This document shows, piece by piece, positions 13,365-26,331 of a stretch of 64,000 bases of DNA. Within the stretch, counting starts at the first letter, position 1. Each line of letters opens with the position of its first letter. The position numbers and the translations under genes were made by a program. Under the pieces are notes generated by a model, which was given only the letters and a program-made list of their open reading frames with translations, was not told where the DNA came from and did no database searches. The stretch is from Octopus sinensis (taxonomy: Eukaryota): the NCBI RefSeq assembly GCF_006345805.1, contig NC_043026.1, forward strand, positions 1,364,001 to 1,428,000, written 5' to 3'.

Positions 13365-16025
13365 TATATGTACAATGAAGACTGCCTAACAAAAATAGGA
13401 GAAGTCCTCACCAACCTTGAACAGCACAACAGTGTATTCTTCATGGGTGACTTTAACTTCCCCAATGTGGAATGGCCTGGGGGGCAGATGCTCTCAGGGA
13501 TGACACACCATCAGCAGGCACAGGCAGAGTCCCTGCTCCATCTCACAAATGCCTCTTTCATGGAGCAAATAGTTCTGCAACCAACAAGGGCAGATAATAT
13601 ACTGGATCTCTGCTTCACAAACAATATGGATATTATCCATAATGTTAAAGTGATGCCGACAATGATCTCAGAACACAACATAATAGAGCTGTCTATGTAT
13701 GGAACAAAAGCCCCCGTAGACACACAGCCTATATGAAGCATCCACCATCTCTCCAACTTAAACTTTCATAAAGCAAGCTGGAAGTTGATTGAGAAAGAGA
13801 TCCTCAAACAGGATTGGCCTGAATGTCTCTCCACACCGGACATTAACATGAAACACAAACACTTCATGTCCATAATACAAGCCATATGTGACAAATATGT
13901 CCCAGTGTGCAGGGCCAGCACACACAAGAACAAAAACAGGATCCCTAGAGAAAGGAGGATTCTTATGAGACGACGGACAAGGATTGCAAACCGCCTGAGC
14001 AAGCACACCAAAAGTGGTGAGAAGTCTCGGCTCGAGAGAATGCTAATGGAAATTGAGAAAAGTCTACATCAGTCCCATGAAAAGGAGAGAGCAGATAAAG
14101 AAGCTTGGGTAATACAAAATATAAAGTCAAACCCTAAAGCTTTCTTTAAGGTTGCCAAAGAGACAGCCACAGTGCACCAGAGTATAGGACCTCTCTTCCG
14201 AAAAGATGGCTCTCTCACAGGAAATCCCATGAGGATAAGTGAAATACTGAACGAACAATTCCAAAGTGTGTTCACTAGACCTCTAGGACACAGGCAAGTA
14301 AACAACCCAGAAGAATTCTTTGCCAAAGAGGCAAAAATTGAGTACATTAACATTGAAGATGATGATATCACACTAGCCATTGATGAGATTGACACAAACT
14401 CAGCTGCTGGATCTGATGGATTTCCAGCGATCCTTCTCAAATCGTGCAAACGAGCCCTTGCAAAACCGCTACAGCTTCTTTTTCAGAGCTTTCTTGCAAG
14501 TGGTAAGCTCCCAGTCAAATTGAAAGAGGGGGTAATATGCCCTATCCATAAGGGAGGTAGCAGAGCAGATGCTAAAAATTATAGGCCTATCTCTCTGACC
14601 TCACATATCAGCAAAGTCATGGAACGAATATTCCGCAAGAAACTAATCATGTTCCTTGAAGAAAATGACTTGCTGTCTAACACCCAGCATGGATTTCGAC
14701 CAGGTAGAAGCTGCCTAATACAGCTCCTGCAACACTATGACTGGGTGTTAAAACAGCTACTAAATGGCTCAAATGTGGATGTAATATATCTCAACTTTGC
14801 AAAAGCCTTTGATAAAATCGACCATGGTATGATCTGTCACAAACTGCATGGTCTCGGCATAGGCGGAAAACTTGAAGAGTGGCTGCACAATTTCCTAAAA
14901 GATAGAAGGCAGTTGTGACCAATGGAGCCACCTCCAAGGAAACACAAATAACAGGGCACTGTCTTGGGGCCACTGATGTTCATAGTGGCCCTTTCAGACA
15001 TGCCGTCAGTTGCTACGATGGCCACCCTTGCTAGCTATGCAGATGACACAAAAGTCTCCCACACAATACAAAACCCTGAAAATATTGCGCATCTGCAACA
15101 GGAGTTGGATACAATATACAAGTAGGCTGAGGACAACAATATGCAGTTTAATGCAGATAAGTTCCAGGCCCTGCGCTACCGGCACACAAAGGTAAACGAC
15201 GTGCAGACTGGATACACTGGCCCAGGAAGAATTGCAATCCCTGAGTCAAAATCAGTGCGTGACCTGGGCATTGACATGAGCAATGATGCATCTTTCCAAG
15301 TGCATATTACTAATCTGGTGATAAAATGCAGACAGCTAGCTGGATGGATTTTCCGAACTTTCAGAACAAGAGAGAAGGAGACATTGATGGTCCTCTGGAA
15401 AACATTCGTCCTCAGCCGCTTGGACTACTGCTCCCAACTATGGTCACCACACAATATAAAACTAACAGCAGAACTCAAAGCAATTCAAAGAAGCTACACA
15501 AAGAAGATCGTCTCAATGCAAAATATCAGCTACTGGGAAAGACTGAAAGTATTAAACCTCTTCTCCCTAGAGCGAAGGTGGGAGAGATATGCAGTGATAT
15601 ACATCTGGAAAATCCTGGAGGGTCTTGTCCCAAACTTTGGCATTCAAAGTTACCCCAACTGCAGAACGGGGCGCCACTGCATGGTGCCAAAGATTCCAAC
15701 ATCACCATCAAAATACAGGTCCAGATACTGCAACAGCTTGGGTTTCAGAGGACCACAGCTCTTTAACATCCTCCCTAAACGCCTGAGAGACTTACATGGT
15801 GTGGATGTGGGTTTCTTTAAAACTAAACTGGATCTCTTCCTGTTGGGGGTCCCAGATGAACCTACCTCACGACAGGAGACACAGATGCAGGCAGCGGCAT
15901 CGAACTCCCTTGTTGACCAAGTGCCACGTATCAGAGGTGGATTCACATATTAGTGTAGCTCATTCAGCGGTGATGCCCCAGCATGGCCGCAGCCTTTGGG
16001 CTAAAACATTTTTAAGGATTTAAGG
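13365..16025 (+). mobile_element. Second CR1-like LINE, 5'-truncated, with stops and frameshifts
   Basis: Successive ORF pieces GDFNFPNVEW/NILDLCFTN, NYRPISLTS/YLNFAKAFDKIDH, YADD, SRLDYCSQLW...SNSLVDQ. TTTAAGG-type 3' tail at ~16010-16027. Confidence 0.93.
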
Positions 16026-16348
16026 GATATATGTATATATATATAAACACACACACACATATATATATATAGGCACAGTATATATACACAGAGGTGCTTT
16101 ACGTTAATTTGCCAACATCTTCTTTGTTTCACTATAAATAAAACGCACACACACACACATAGTTGCAGGAGTGGCTGTGTGGTAAGTAGCTTGCTTACCA
16201 ACCACATGGTTCCAGGTTCAGTCCTACTGCGTGGCACCTTGGGCAAGTGTCTTCTACTATAGCCTGAGGCTGACCAAAATCTTGTGAGTGGATCTGGTAG
16301 ATGGAAACTGAAAAGGAGCCCGTCGTATATATGTATATATATATATAC

Positions 16349-16387
<39 letters not shown>

Positions 16388-16944
16388 AGTAGGTGAATGA
16401 ATTATCCTGTGTTTATTGTCAGCATGGAAAATTCGTTTAACCGAAACCTGGGTAGCAAATTCACGTCAGAAACACGGTTGAAGCGACCTGTCAAGGGTAG
16501 AAACTCCTGGTTCATGTGCAGAAATTTGTGTGTTGCATATGAATAAACATGTTATATGAATAACATTTTCGTTCGACTCCATTCTTTCATTTATATATAT
16601 ATATATATATATGTATATCATCATCATCATCGTTTAATGTCCGTTTTCCAAACTAGCATGGGTTGGATGGTTCAACCGGGGTCTGGGAAGCCAGGAGGCT
16701 TCACTAGGCTCCAGTCTGATTTGGCGGAGTTTCTACAGCTGGACGCCCTTCCTAACACCAACCATTCCATGAGTGTAGTGGGTGCTTTTTACGTGCCACT
16801 GGCACAGGGGCCAGATGAGGCTGGCAAACAACCACAATCGGTTGGTGCTTTTACGTGTCACCGACATGGACGGCAGTCAGGGCGGCTCTGGAATCTGCCA
16901 TGTTCGGATGGTTCTTTTAACATGTCACCAATGTGTATATATAT

Positions 16945-17958
16945 ATATATATAGATGTATGTACGTATGTATGTATGTATGTGCGTGTGTATGTGTTTAT
17001 GTATGTGTATATGTATGTGTGTATGTATGTATGTATGTATGGGTGTGTGTATGTATGTATGTATGTATGTGTGTGTATGTATGTATGTGTGTATGTATGT
17101 ATGTATTTGTGTATGTATGTATGTGTGTATGTATGTGTGTATGTATGTGTGTATGTATGTATGTGTATGTATGTGTGTGTGTGTACGTATGTATGTATGT
17201 ATGTGTGTATGTATGTATGTATGTATGTATGTGTGTGTATGTATGTATGTGTGTATGTATGTATGTATGTGTGTATGTATGTATGTGTGTATGTATGTAT
17301 TTATGTATGTATGTATGTATGTATGTATGTATGTGTGTATGTATGTATGTATGTATGTATGTAGTGTGTGTATGTATGTGTGTATGTATGTGTGTATTTA
17401 TGTGTGTATGTATGTATGTGTGTATGTATGTATGTGTGTATGTATGTGTGTGTATGTATGTGTGTATGTATGTGTGTATGTATGTATGTGTGTATGTATG
17501 TATGTGTGTATGTATGTATGTATGTGTGTATGTATGTGTGTGTATGTATGTATGTGTGTATGTATGTATGTGTGTATGTATGTATGTGTACGTATGTCTG
17601 TGTGTATGTATGTGTGTATGTATGTGTGTATGTATGTATGTGTGTATGTATGTATGTATGTGTGTATGTATGTATGTATGTGTGTATGTATGTATGTGTG
17701 TATGTATGTATTTATGTATGTATGTATGTATGTATGTATGTAGGTATGTATGTATGTTTGTATGTACGTGTGTATGTATGTATGTATGTATGTATGTGTG
17801 TATGTATGTGTGTATTTATGTGTGTATGTATGTATGTGTGTATGTATGTATGTGTGTATGTATGTATGTGTGTATGTATGTGTGTGTGTATGTATGTACG
17901 TATGTATGTATGTATGTGTGTATTTATGTATGTATGTATATGTATGTGTGTGTGTGTT
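16945..17958. repeat. ~1-kb compound (TATG)n/(TG)n microsatellite
   Basis: Direct inspection. Confidence 0.98.
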
Positions 17959-20809
17959 TGTCCCCCACCATTGCTTGACACCTGATGCTGGTGTGTTTAT
18001 GTCCCCGTAACTTAGCGATTCAGCAAAAATGACCAATAGAATAAGTACTAGGTTTACAAAGAATAAGTCCTGGGGTCGATTTGCTCGACTAAAGGTGGTG
18101 CTCTAGCATGGCCACAGTCAAATGACTGAAAAAAGTAAAAGAGTGAAAGAGTATATATATGTGTATGTTTGTGTATATATGTATATATATGTGTATACAT
18201 GTGTGTGTATTTTTATGTATATATATATATACACACACACACTCATTCTACATGTTTACTATATACACAAACTCATCCTGGTATTCGATTTTCTCCATTT
18301 ATGGACATTTCACGTTGTTGTTGTTGTTGTTACAGTTTTCTTAATTGCTATCAACACTTGCTTATCGCTTACATCTTGGTGTTGTTATTGCTGCTACTTC
18401 TGCTGCTACTGCTGCTCTCGTTATCATTGACGCATTCTTAATTACAGAAATGCAATCAACTCATTCTTATCAGTTTATTACATATATTTTACTGTTGTTT
18501 TTATTCTTGTTTTTTTTGTATTTTGTGGTAGTTTTTTGTTGTATGCATTCATAGTCATCACCGTTATTCTATGCATTTACTACTACTGGTGGGGTTGGTG
18601 ATGATCATTGTAGTGGTGATTGTAGTAGTTGTAATGGTTACGGTAGCAGTGGTGGTTGTCGTAGTGTTAGTAGTAGTGGTAATGGTGGTTGTGACAGCAT
18701 TGGCAGTAGTTGTGGTGATAGTATGCAGTCATTTGTTCTACCCTCTCGTCTGTTGTTCCTGTCTCATTAATAACTTGCAATGACACACACTTTCGTATTT
18801 CTATGCAAGCATTTATGAATGCAGAGTTGTTCTTGGTATAATTTTTGAAATTTCTTACCAATGGAGTTTGAGCTGGACTCTAGCCAGAAACATGTTTCTT
18901 TCACCAAACACTGTATATGTTATACATACTCACATAATTTAATTATTTAATTATTCCCTATTATCACAACTGTGAAACTCTGAGTAACAGTTTGTGAAGA
19001 TTTTTATCAGCTTTCATAAAATAGTATATATGTACACACACACACACACACACACACATACACACACAAACGTCTCACCAACAAAAAGTGAAGAAGGAAA
19101 TAGAAGTGTTGTTTGGAGATAGCATAAAGAGGAAGAGGCAAGGAACGTATAAGGGTAAGGTAGCAGAGGAGGAAGGTACAAGGAGAATGAAAAGAGAGTC
19201 AGATATAAAATGAGAAGGAATATGCTGCTAGCATAGCTAAGTGGTAAGTTAGGGCTTAATCATAACTAGGAGAGATTAAGGAGACTTTGCATAATGGGCA
19301 AAAATGGAATAAAATTTATACTTACATGAAAAGATTGTGTTAGAGAGCCCTGTTGAGTAATGAAGAGTTATGGTGTTGAAGGAAAGCAAATGCCTCCCTT
19401 GAACACAACTTACAAACAGTACCATCCACTTTACATTTCTTAAATGTAGGTAATTCTGATTTGAAATTTCACTTTTTGATGAACATCAAAGAAATTACAT
19501 CAGCATGTCATTGCTTGTTTATATAATTGGTAAACCTGATGAGTTGAGAGTTGCATAATGTTTTTCATATTCTTTTGGATGTTGTGCATACCTAACTGTA
19601 CCATGTTTATGTCACAGTAAAGGTTCTTAATGAAACAATTGTAGCAATAACCAAATAATCCATGTGGTTTGGAAGCAAACCTCTTACCACATAGCCACAC
19701 CCATACCCATAACATAATTCAAAAACATGTAAGCATGATGTAAAACTGATAAACCAATAGTGTTGAATGTGTCCAGTTTTTATTTAAGATGGTAGGATGT
19801 CACAGACGGAAATTTAGCTGCTATTTATAGCAAAGTGGTTTGAAGTAAACGTTGTTGTTGTTGTTGTTGTTTAGTTTACAGATCATCCCTCATATCAAAT
19901 ATCAGGAACCCACCACTACAACTAATATCACCACCACCAACACCACCATCACTACAACCACCACCAACACCACCACCACAACACACCACCACCCTCACCG
20001 TCACTACCATCATCACCATTAGGTATCACCCACATTTTGTAGATTAATAATACCACAGATTATCATTTTGGTTTGTCTTGTGCTGTCCTTATATATTTAC
20101 TGTATTTTGTGAAGGCACATGGCCCAGTGGTTAGATCAATGGACTCACAGTCAAGGGCTCACGGTCAAGGGCTCACAGGTTTGTTTGTTTATGAGCAAAA
20201 ACACCCAAGCTCCACCCGGCTCCGGCAGAAGGTAATGGCGAATTTCTGCTGACTCTTTTGTCACAACTTTCTCTCACTCTTTCCTCCTGCATCTAGCATC
20301 TCACCTACAACGGACTGGTGTCTTGTTCATGTAGGGAACCTATACGCCAATGAAACTGGGAAATCGGCCCTTATGAGCGAGGCATGGCTTAAGAAGGAAC
20401 AAACAACAACAACAACAATATTTTTAAGACTTATTCCCACCAGTTAGACTGGCCAACAAAATTGTTGTTGCATTGATAGCAATTGCTGTTCCTTAATTTC
20501 AATTGCTGTTTCTTAATTTCAATAAGCTGAATTCAAATATGAAGTTAGTTTTTATCTGTAAGATCTAGATTTTTTGCAATTAAAGGTTTTTCTATATTTT
20601 CCAAATTTCAAATATTTCCTGATATATAATGTAATCCTTTAGCATTAAAGACCCGTCGTTGCCAGGTCATAGTGCTAGTGCATGTATATATGTGTATATA
20701 TATGTGTACATATTACATGTACATCTATATATATACATCTACACATAAAATACAAAATACAAAGTTATATCTTGATATCGCTAGTAATAACAATACTCAA
20801 AATATATAA

Positions 20810-20980
20810 CAGACTGGAATTGTAGGCCCGTCTCTTGCAATTTCGATCAATTGTATCTTGTCCTCCCTCTTGTATAGAAGTGTGGCTACAATCCAGCCTA
20901 CCGCTACTTCTGGGGGGGGGGGGCATTATTAATTTTTTTTTCCGGGACATCCTACGTCCCAGATATAAAGGTAAAAATAA
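20810..20980 (+). promoter_or_regulatory. Candidate promoter / non-coding first exon
   Basis: Non-repetitive, locally CpG-richer island with three variants of the ACTACAnnTCCCAG (ZNF143/THAP11-type) motif: 20814-20826 (-), 20885-20897 (+), 20951-20962 (+). Possible donor AAG|GTAAAA at 20971. Confidence 0.35.
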
Positions 20981-21889
20981 AATATTTCGACTTTGCAAGT
21001 TCGAGTCGAGTACTCCCTTGCACTCTCCGTTGACTCGAACCTTGCTTCTATTGTGGCGAATTTACCGCCTCTGGTTAGATACTTGATATCTTTCATAGTC
21101 GCACCAAGACACTTTTCAATGGTGCTTTCCTCCAGGTGTTCAAATTTTCTTTTTTCTCTACATTGTATACTTTATAGACAATAGGCTTTTCTTTAATTTA
21201 ATTTTTTATTATCCATCTGGACTATTCCATTTCTGCACGCTAATTTTATTTTTAATTTATTCCCATTCATGTGAAACCACTTATTCAAGTTCAAGTCATT
21301 GATGTAATTTTATACCAATTGCTATTTTTACTTTTGTTATGTTACGATTATATTATACTTTAGTTTGATTTTAATTATTACTTACTACATATAATTCAAT
21401 TGTTATTATTATTTTTATTGTTAAAGTGAAAGCATCTGACATAAAATAGAGAAATGTTTTTGTTTCACTTTTAACACGTAATACTGAAATAGTGGAGAAG
21501 ATATGATATTGCTATGGGCTTGCTCTAGGCAAGAAGCTGAACATTTTTTTTGCCCATGAAACTACATGGACCCTAAGTAAGTCATGTGTAAAATTTGAAT
21601 GAAATTGGTTGAGTAGTTCTCAAGTTTTAGGGAAACACACAGACAGACAGACACACAGACAGACAGACACACAGACAGACACACACATTCTCAGTTTTAT
21701 ATATATAAAGATACAACAAGAATAACAATAAGAATTAGGCTATGAAAGAAATATTTCTTATTCTGATGCTGAGTAAAATGTTATCATGTGCCAGTTTTTT
21801 CACTATCCACTTTTTAGTTGGAAATCTATATCATATATAAATACTAGGTGTACATAGTTGATCAGGATGGAAGATAAAACACAAATAGG

Positions 21890-23830
21890 TCTTATCCAGG
21901 AAAGAATTTGTGCTTGAAGCTCTTGCATTTGTAGACTTTGTTAGGTAAATCTTGTTTAATGCTCCAGAAGTAGTCTGTTGTCATGCTTTGTTTTTCTTCC
22001 ATCACCCTTGATACTGCTCTTCCATGGTCCTGAGGTCTTGGTGGAAGCACTCTCCTTGTTCATCACTTACATCTCCAAGATTTTCAGGGAACTGATCGAT
22101 GTGACTGTAGAATAAATGGAGTTTAACCCTTTTCTTACCGTATTTCCATTGAGATACTCTGTGTTTCTTTCAATTAATTTTAAATAAAACAAAGAATTTA
22201 GTAAAATAATTCAGTTACCATTAAGCTAGTGTTAGGAACATAGATTGTGACTAAGGTTTGGTGGAAGATTTTAATTCAGAACTTATGAAAACAAGACATT
22301 TGTACTCAAAGCCAGAGCTGGTTTCAGCCAGGTTGGTATCGAAAGGGTTAAGGCTCATGTTACACCCAAGATCATGGAAAGCTGACAGCATATTATTTGC
22401 AAGAATTTCATAGTCATTTACTTTTCTGTTTTCAAGAAAAGTTTTTATGACTGCTACAAATGACAGCTATGCTGCTCTTACCCTGTCATTCATCTTTCTG
22501 ACAAATTCCTCATCACATACAAGGGCATGAATCTGAAATCTGTCAAACACACCTGCTTCAATCATCTTGAATGACAAACCAAATAATACAGAAACTATAT
22601 GTTAAAAACATTCATCATCAGTATTCAATGCCTTAGTGAATTGCTTGATCAAGCCCGGCTTTATATGAAGCAGTGGAAAACTAATCTTTTCTTGGCTAAC
22701 AATTGGATCTTTCACAATCTTTGGCATACCTGTTTCCAGAGTCTCACAAATGGACCACTTCTTCTGAATCCAGTGTTTCTCTCGAGTTCAGCTGTCAACA
22801 CATGCAGAGAAAGCAAGGATACTTTGTGAAATGTTTCTGTTGGCCAAGAAGAAAATTGATTATTTTCAAATCTACATAAATGGTCCAGTTGTGCTCATGA
22901 TATTTTAGTTGGTCAATAACCATTTTTGTTATTGTATTCTTCTTACAAATGCACTGATTGACCAACTGGGACAGCTCCCTAAACATTACCATTGTGTGGG
23001 AGAACACACTTTAGGCTGGGCTTAGAACTCTCTAGAAATAGTTGCCAGTCAGTTGAACAGTACAAGGAGATATCATGATAGTAAACAAAATGTTTCCCTT
23101 CTGAAAAAAATTATACAAAAATCTGGTCTCATTTTAGAAAATAAGAAACTTTTGCAGTTTGATCAAGTAGATGTTTTTTTTGCAGCCTGGATGTTGAAAC
23201 TGCAGCTGCAGTCTTGGAGAGTCTCAAATCATGCATTAAATCATTCAATTCTGTTTGACTAAACTGTTCAGTAGCTGATTTTTCAGTACCATAAGAGAAG
23301 TCTTGGGATTCTGAAATAATTTGTTGATCTTTGTTATCATTCTCATATTCTTGCTTGCTAACTTCAGCTTTAGAAGAGGTAAATCCAAGAAAAACTGGGA
23401 CCAGGAGTGTCTCAGAGTGCACAATAGGTCTAATTGCTAAAGGAATATTGGGATATTTTACTCCTAGTTTTCTTGCCAGTGCTTTTTGTGTTGATCATAC
23501 AAAAATAACAGTCACTTGTCTGGCCCCTGAGCACTTGCCAAACCATAGGAACTCCAAATGGCTGGCCTTTTTCTTTTGTCCAGTCATCAAGCATTTCCTT
23601 ACAGTTATGACACACAACATGAGGAGGCCCATTTTGTGTCTTGATCACCTAGGAGAATTCCAAAATAAGCTTTATAAGCCCGTCTCACAAACAATGTGAT
23701 ATTGCACTTTTGATGAATAAGTGTGAAGGAGCCACAGACTTGGCAGAAGCCATCAGGATTATTCACACATCTATGCTTACTTGAAGAAACCATGAAAATC
23801 ACAATTATCAATTCTTTGTAAGTAGGCTCA
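21890..23830 (-). mobile_element. Chapaev3-like (CMC) transposase relic
   Basis: CVNNPDGFCQVCG, YFGILLGDQDTKW, FGVPMVW..DCYFC, VDLKIINFLLGQQ..TKYPCFLC, LHIKPGLIKQF, NLGDVSDEQGECFHQDL. Confidence 0.8.
22127..22347. mobile_element. piggyBac-type non-autonomous element (221 bp) nested in the Chapaev3 ORF
   Basis: TTAA duplicated at 22123-26 and 22348-51; CCCTTT termini (10/13 TIR match). Removal restores ATG AGC CTT AAA CTC CAT. Confidence 0.85.
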
Positions 23831-24819
23831 ATATGTCAAAATTAACTATAAATGGATAAAAAGTTAATCTTCAAATTTCAAGAAAACTAGAACAGGAAGA
23901 GCAAAACTCATGCAACAGAAATTTCTTTTAAATTGTCATTTGTTATTCATTCACATATGTCATTCTTGAAGTTCCCCTTATTTCTCTTTACCTTCAATTA
24001 AAAATCTCTTTAACCCATTTTTTTTTGCCTAAATATCCAAAATATTTTAGTTTTCTCTTTCATAGTGTCTAACAAAATTTTCTTATTTTTCTCAGCAATT
24101 TTTAGTCTTAATGGTTTATTTATTATATTCACAAGAGTCATCTATTTGTCCATATCTTAAAAGCCTGTAATCTGTTTGTTTATATTTTCATTACTGTCCA
24201 CATCAGTACTATATAGTCTTTGATAATACTTTCATTTGTATCTCTTTTTTTCTCCTTTTCATTCTGTACATTTTATGTATGGAGTTGGCCATATATAACA
24301 TTTTGATAATCTTTTTCTCATGTTTGATATTAATATGGTTGACATATTTTCAAATCACTTTCTAGCTGTCTCAATTTTTCTTTTCACTTTGGCTTAAATT
24401 TCCCAGTTTCTCGTTACATGTATGCTAGGTACATTTTTTTGGCATTCCCTTAATGGTAATATTCATTTTTGGAAATTATTATTGTTTTTCTGTTTTTATT
24501 CAATTCCATAGGATTTTCTTCTGCCATTTACTCTGGTTGCAAAAGAGATGATTTCTTGCAAACCAGCTCTATGAATAGTTAATAAGGCAGTATCATAGAT
24601 CTAAAAGTTGTTGATGATTTGGTGAAGATTTTCAACTTTTGTGGTCCCCATGTTATCTGAGAAATGTTTAGACTTCAGTGAAATGTTTGGTAAATATAAT
24701 CTTCATAGGTATTAGTAAATGTATAATGATCCATTACTTCTAAATCTGACAAGTGTGAAAAGTAAGAAAAATTGAAAGTCACTCATGACAAATATTGAGC
24801 AGATTGAAGTGCAATTGTT

Positions 24820-25955
24820 CATTTCAAATATGAAATGGAAGAAGCATTAGTGTAATAAACATTGTCAGCCACATTTACTTAATGTACACTCAACGTGTAT
24901 TTGGTGTGGTGGTGAATATTCAGTCAAAGTGCTGGGTGTTAAAACACCTGAAAGTCAAGGACTCATGAGATAATTCACCTCTTATCCCATCTAGGAATGT
25001 TTTGCCATTTTTGTGGGTTATTGACATAATGCACCTGTACCGTATTGAAGGTAAATCGTATTGCCAGTCTTAGATGCATATAGTGTGCAAACTCTGTGCA
25101 GGTGTGCCCAGGCCATGCATACATAAGAATAAATTCAAATATGAAATGAAAGCAATGCTAATGCGATGAACCTTAGAACCAAATATACTTAATGTATATC
25201 CTGCATGTCATTCTATGTAGACTGCAATTTGGCACCACGGAAAATACGCTCTCAAAGTGCTATGTGTTAAAATTCCTAAAAGTCATGGACAGGTGAGATA
25301 ACTCACCTCTCGTCTCATCCAGGAGTGATGGACATTGATGTTTTGCCATTTTTGTGGCTTATCAACATCCTGCACCCAAAATAGATTGAAGATAAATCAT
25401 ATCACCAGGTCATGACTTATAGGCATATAGCTCCAAGAAAATTGCAAAACACTGTTGTCCATCACTCCTAGATGGGATTAGAGGTGAGTTATCTCACCTG
25501 TCCATGACTTTTAAGTGTTTTAACACTGGCCACTTTGAGAGAGTATTCTCCATGGCTCCAAACCACAGCTTGCCAGCAAATAAAACAAAGCATATATTTG
25601 GTTGATAATGTTTCTTATGCTACTTCTGTTTCATATTTGAAATTATTCCTATCTATGCATTGTCTGGGCGTATTGTCACAGTTTTTCTCAGTATATGTAT
25701 TTAAGTCATTGACTGGCAATATGATATATCTCCAATTCTGTTTGGGCATGTGATGTGATATGCCACAAAAATGGCATATCAACATATCAAATGGCATATT
25801 GATATCCATGACTTTCAGGTGCTTTAAGACCTGGGGCTTTGAGAAAATATTCTCCATGGTGCCAAATCACAGTTTACTAGTAAATACACATTTCTTACAT
25901 TTTAAGTACATGTGGTTGATAATGTTTATTGAACTACCACTGCTTCTATTTCATA

Positions 25956-25961
<6 letters not shown>
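24820..25961. repeat. Foldback element: two ~311-bp direct units followed by two inverted units
   Basis: ttcaaatatgaaatg at 24823 and 25134, and its reverse complement at 25630 and 25949. 25270-25340 pairs with 25453-25512 (about 53/60). Confidence 0.75.
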
Positions 25962-25991
<30 letters not shown>

Positions 25992-26037
25992 ATTCTCTAG
26001 TTTCAGCTCAGAGCTGCGGCCATGCTGATGCACCACC

Positions 26038-26085
<48 letters not shown>

Positions 26086-26150
26086 GGTTTTTGAAAATAG
26101 AAATAATATATTTCTAAATGTCTCAGAGAGATTTATCCAGTAGCAGCATG

Positions 26151-26328
26151 ATAAAGTGATAGTGTGTTGTCAACTCAATGTAACAGTCCCATAAAAGGGA
26201 AGAATACTGCAGTTATTTAGCCCTAGGAAACACAGGAAATGTATCAAGCCCAACAAGGCTAAATAGCAGTAACATTCTTCCCTTTTATGGGACTGCCGCA
26301 TTAAGTTGACAACATGCTATCACTTTAT
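26151..26328. mobile_element. MITE-like palindrome (~75-bp arms)
   Basis: ataaagtgatag..gttgtcaact..cagtcccataaaagggaagaat is inverted at the right end. Confidence 0.7.
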
Positions 26329-26331
26329 ATC

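Noticed and set aside
16782-18036. Long ORFs (398, 262, 212 aa and others) rich in V/C/M/Y or H/T/Y/I
   Set aside because: They are translations of the TATG/TG microsatellite. The same applies to ORFs at 50285-50656 and the many short YI/CV/HT/SL ORFs.
24820-25961. CRISPR-like array
   Set aside because: Units are ~311 bp without unique spacers, there are no cas genes, and the context is eukaryotic.
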